Shown piece after piece: positions 61,825-64,000 of a stretch of DNA of 64,000 nucleotides. The stretch spans positions 20,584,001 through 20,648,000 of the forward strand of contig JBHGNT010000003.1 of NCBI GenBank assembly GCA_043228905.1, written 5' to 3'. The position numbers and the translations under genes are program-made. The notes below the pieces were generated by a model. The model did no database searches and was not told the origin of the DNA. It saw only the letters and a program-made list of their open reading frames with translations. The stretch comes from Azolla caroliniana (Eukaryota > Plantae > Polypodiophyta). Position 1 is the first letter of the stretch. The number at the start of each line of letters is the position of its first letter.

Positions 61825-62657
61825 CAAGCTATGTACATGGGTTAGTATTAATTTCATTCACTACAACTAAATTTGGGTGTTTTATTACCAATGCACGCAA
61901 CACTACTAAGTTCATTATGTATATAGCTTTACACAACTGCATATACATTGTTCATTTAGCACTAATGTGGCACTAACTTGTCCTAAAAAAGAGGTATGCA
62001 GCTTGTTTAGTACTAAGTTGATTTTGTACATGTGTATTTGGGTCAGTTAGTGCTAACTCATTTTACATGGAGATATAATGTTGTTTACCACTTATGCCAC
62101 AAATCTCACAATGAATAATGTAGTGTCTGATAGCACAACCCAAGTAAGGGCATGGAACAACCAACCCCCATGCTAGTGTGTACATAATCGCCACAAAACT
62201 CCAAAGTTGGGTATGGGGTATTAGCTTCAAATAAAGAATCTCATAATGAAGTTGAATGCATAAGAAGGGCCCTTAAATATGTGGAGTGTCTAACAACATT
62301 GAATCTCTGAGCTCAAGCTCAACCTTACCCATAAATGTAAAATGTATAGTTATTGTCTCCATTCTTCATTTCATTATTGTGTGTGTACATGTACTACTCG
62401 ATATTTCACGATATTAAAGATATCCAAGAGCCTAGGAAAAGGTGTAATGCAACACGTAAATTATATGGAAAGTTGACGAATTTCATAGCTTCTTAGAACG
62501 GTGGGTCATGCATATTCTCACATAGTTTTGTTTTAATCTCATGATTGTGACTAATGGTATTGATGTGTTTTCAAATAATGCTAAAATGATTGATGAAGTT
62601 GAAGAGGAAGATTATGGGTCCTAACATGATGAAGACTTCTATACCATCCACGCACAA

Positions 62658-62693
<36 letters not shown>

Positions 62694-63506
62694 TTTTTTA
62701 CTTAACAAAGTTTCCCATAATATATACCTCTTTTGTGGAGAACATGCTCATCCCCTCTCACATTCCATATTATCTTTTTTCGTTCAATCGAAAATGTTTT
62801 GGGTGCCCTTGCTCCTTCAAACCATCCAATGCTATGAAACTAGATTAATCATGTTCCAAAGCAGCATTGTATTGCATCCCTAGGGCCTTTTTATGGAAAC
62901 AATGCGAGAAGTGACAAGATGAGAGCCCAAGGATCGATGAAGCCAAAGAAAATGAAGGTGAAGATTGAGAAGAGATGTCAAGAGGAAAGTGAGGATTGAA
63001 TTGCCTCAACCCTGGCACCTTTTTTTGCACATATTTGAGGATGTGCAAGTTTGGGGGGAATGTCAAGATGTGTGGGGTAATAATGGGGAAAAGAACAATA
63101 ATGTTGATTTTTATAATATGTCAAGAATTCATGACCAATGGAAGAAATAATGAGGAGATGAAAATTAAAACAAAAATTAAAGGGTGGCTTAAATGGTAAG
63201 ACCTAACAACTTGAAGAATAAGATTGAGAGTTGCTTGCAAGAAAACCAAGATGGCAAGGTTCTCAGTGTGAAGCCTCGGTGCTAAGGAGGTCCAACATGG
63301 ACCTCCTCAAAAGCAATAGACAAGCAAAACATTGTTATCTTGCAAGAAGGCACTTTGTCCACTTCGCACAAAATCTCTGCACTAACGTTGTGGTCATTCA
63401 TGTCTCACCACGAGAGAACCATTTTGAGTTCTAATTATGAAAGAACTCTTTCAGTTCTTTCGTGTAGGTTTAAGTGAGAAAAGAAAAGGAACTTGACTTT
63501 GTAGTG

Positions 63507-63624
63507 TGTTACGGGCATGACCATATAATATCCCGTGGTAAGTTGTACTGTAGTACTTAATTCACGTGTATAGAATACTATGGTATAACTTACCACGGGA
63601 TATTATATGGCCATGCCCATAACA
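63507..63624. mobile_element. 118-bp palindromic mini-element built from two inverted LTR ends
   Basis: ~51-bp inverted arms, TG..CA ends, perfect 5-bp TSD TAGTG. Arms resemble the first ~60 bp of solo LTR 23577-23939. Confidence 0.8.
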
Positions 63625-64000
63625 TAGTGGGTAGAACAATTATATTAATGTAGTGACAATTTTGGGATGGGTGGTCTAGAGTGGTAGGTTGATGAGAGTT
63701 TGTACAACCTTCACAGTAAAAAGGTTTTGCATGATGAAGTTCCACAAAAAAATAAGCATGTTCTCTTGTGGAGAGATTTTATGAATTAGGTTGATCTCAT
63801 GTCAACTTCACATTTATTGTCATGTCCCTTTGTGCCGAGTTGCTTGAGAGATATGATTTCAATTGGTGGGTTGGCAAATGACTCATGTTGGCCTTTAAGA
63901 GAGAATGACTCAATAGGTTCCACATAATAATGAGTGTTCTCTTGTGGAGAGCATCACAAGGACTTCTCTCATGTTGGGCCATTGAGCAGGGAATAAATAG

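Overview
Repeat-rich land-plant nuclear DNA, probably a fern or other non-flowering lineage (inferred from style only). Three host genes lie at 14.9-28.1 kb: an ATI1/2-like ATG8-interacting membrane protein, cytochrome b5, and an AP2/ERF factor with an EAR motif. Around them are nested mobile elements: four Ty1/copia elements, two non-chromovirus Ty3/gypsy elements, several solo LTRs, a decayed L1-like LINE and two hAT-type MITEs. Most striking is an intact, very young gypsy element (35627-45441, apparently identical LTRs) with a large extra coiled-coil ORF. It has no polypurine tract; a copy of a tRNA-Arg 3' end sits at the PPT position, a second inward-facing PBS that suggests tRNA priming of both cDNA strands. 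Also notable are two solo LTRs with 4-bp TSDs that carry homologous tRNA-like Pol III A/B-box modules, and a 118-bp palindromic mini-element made of two LTR ends with its own 5-bp TSD. All alignments were done by eye; no searches were run.
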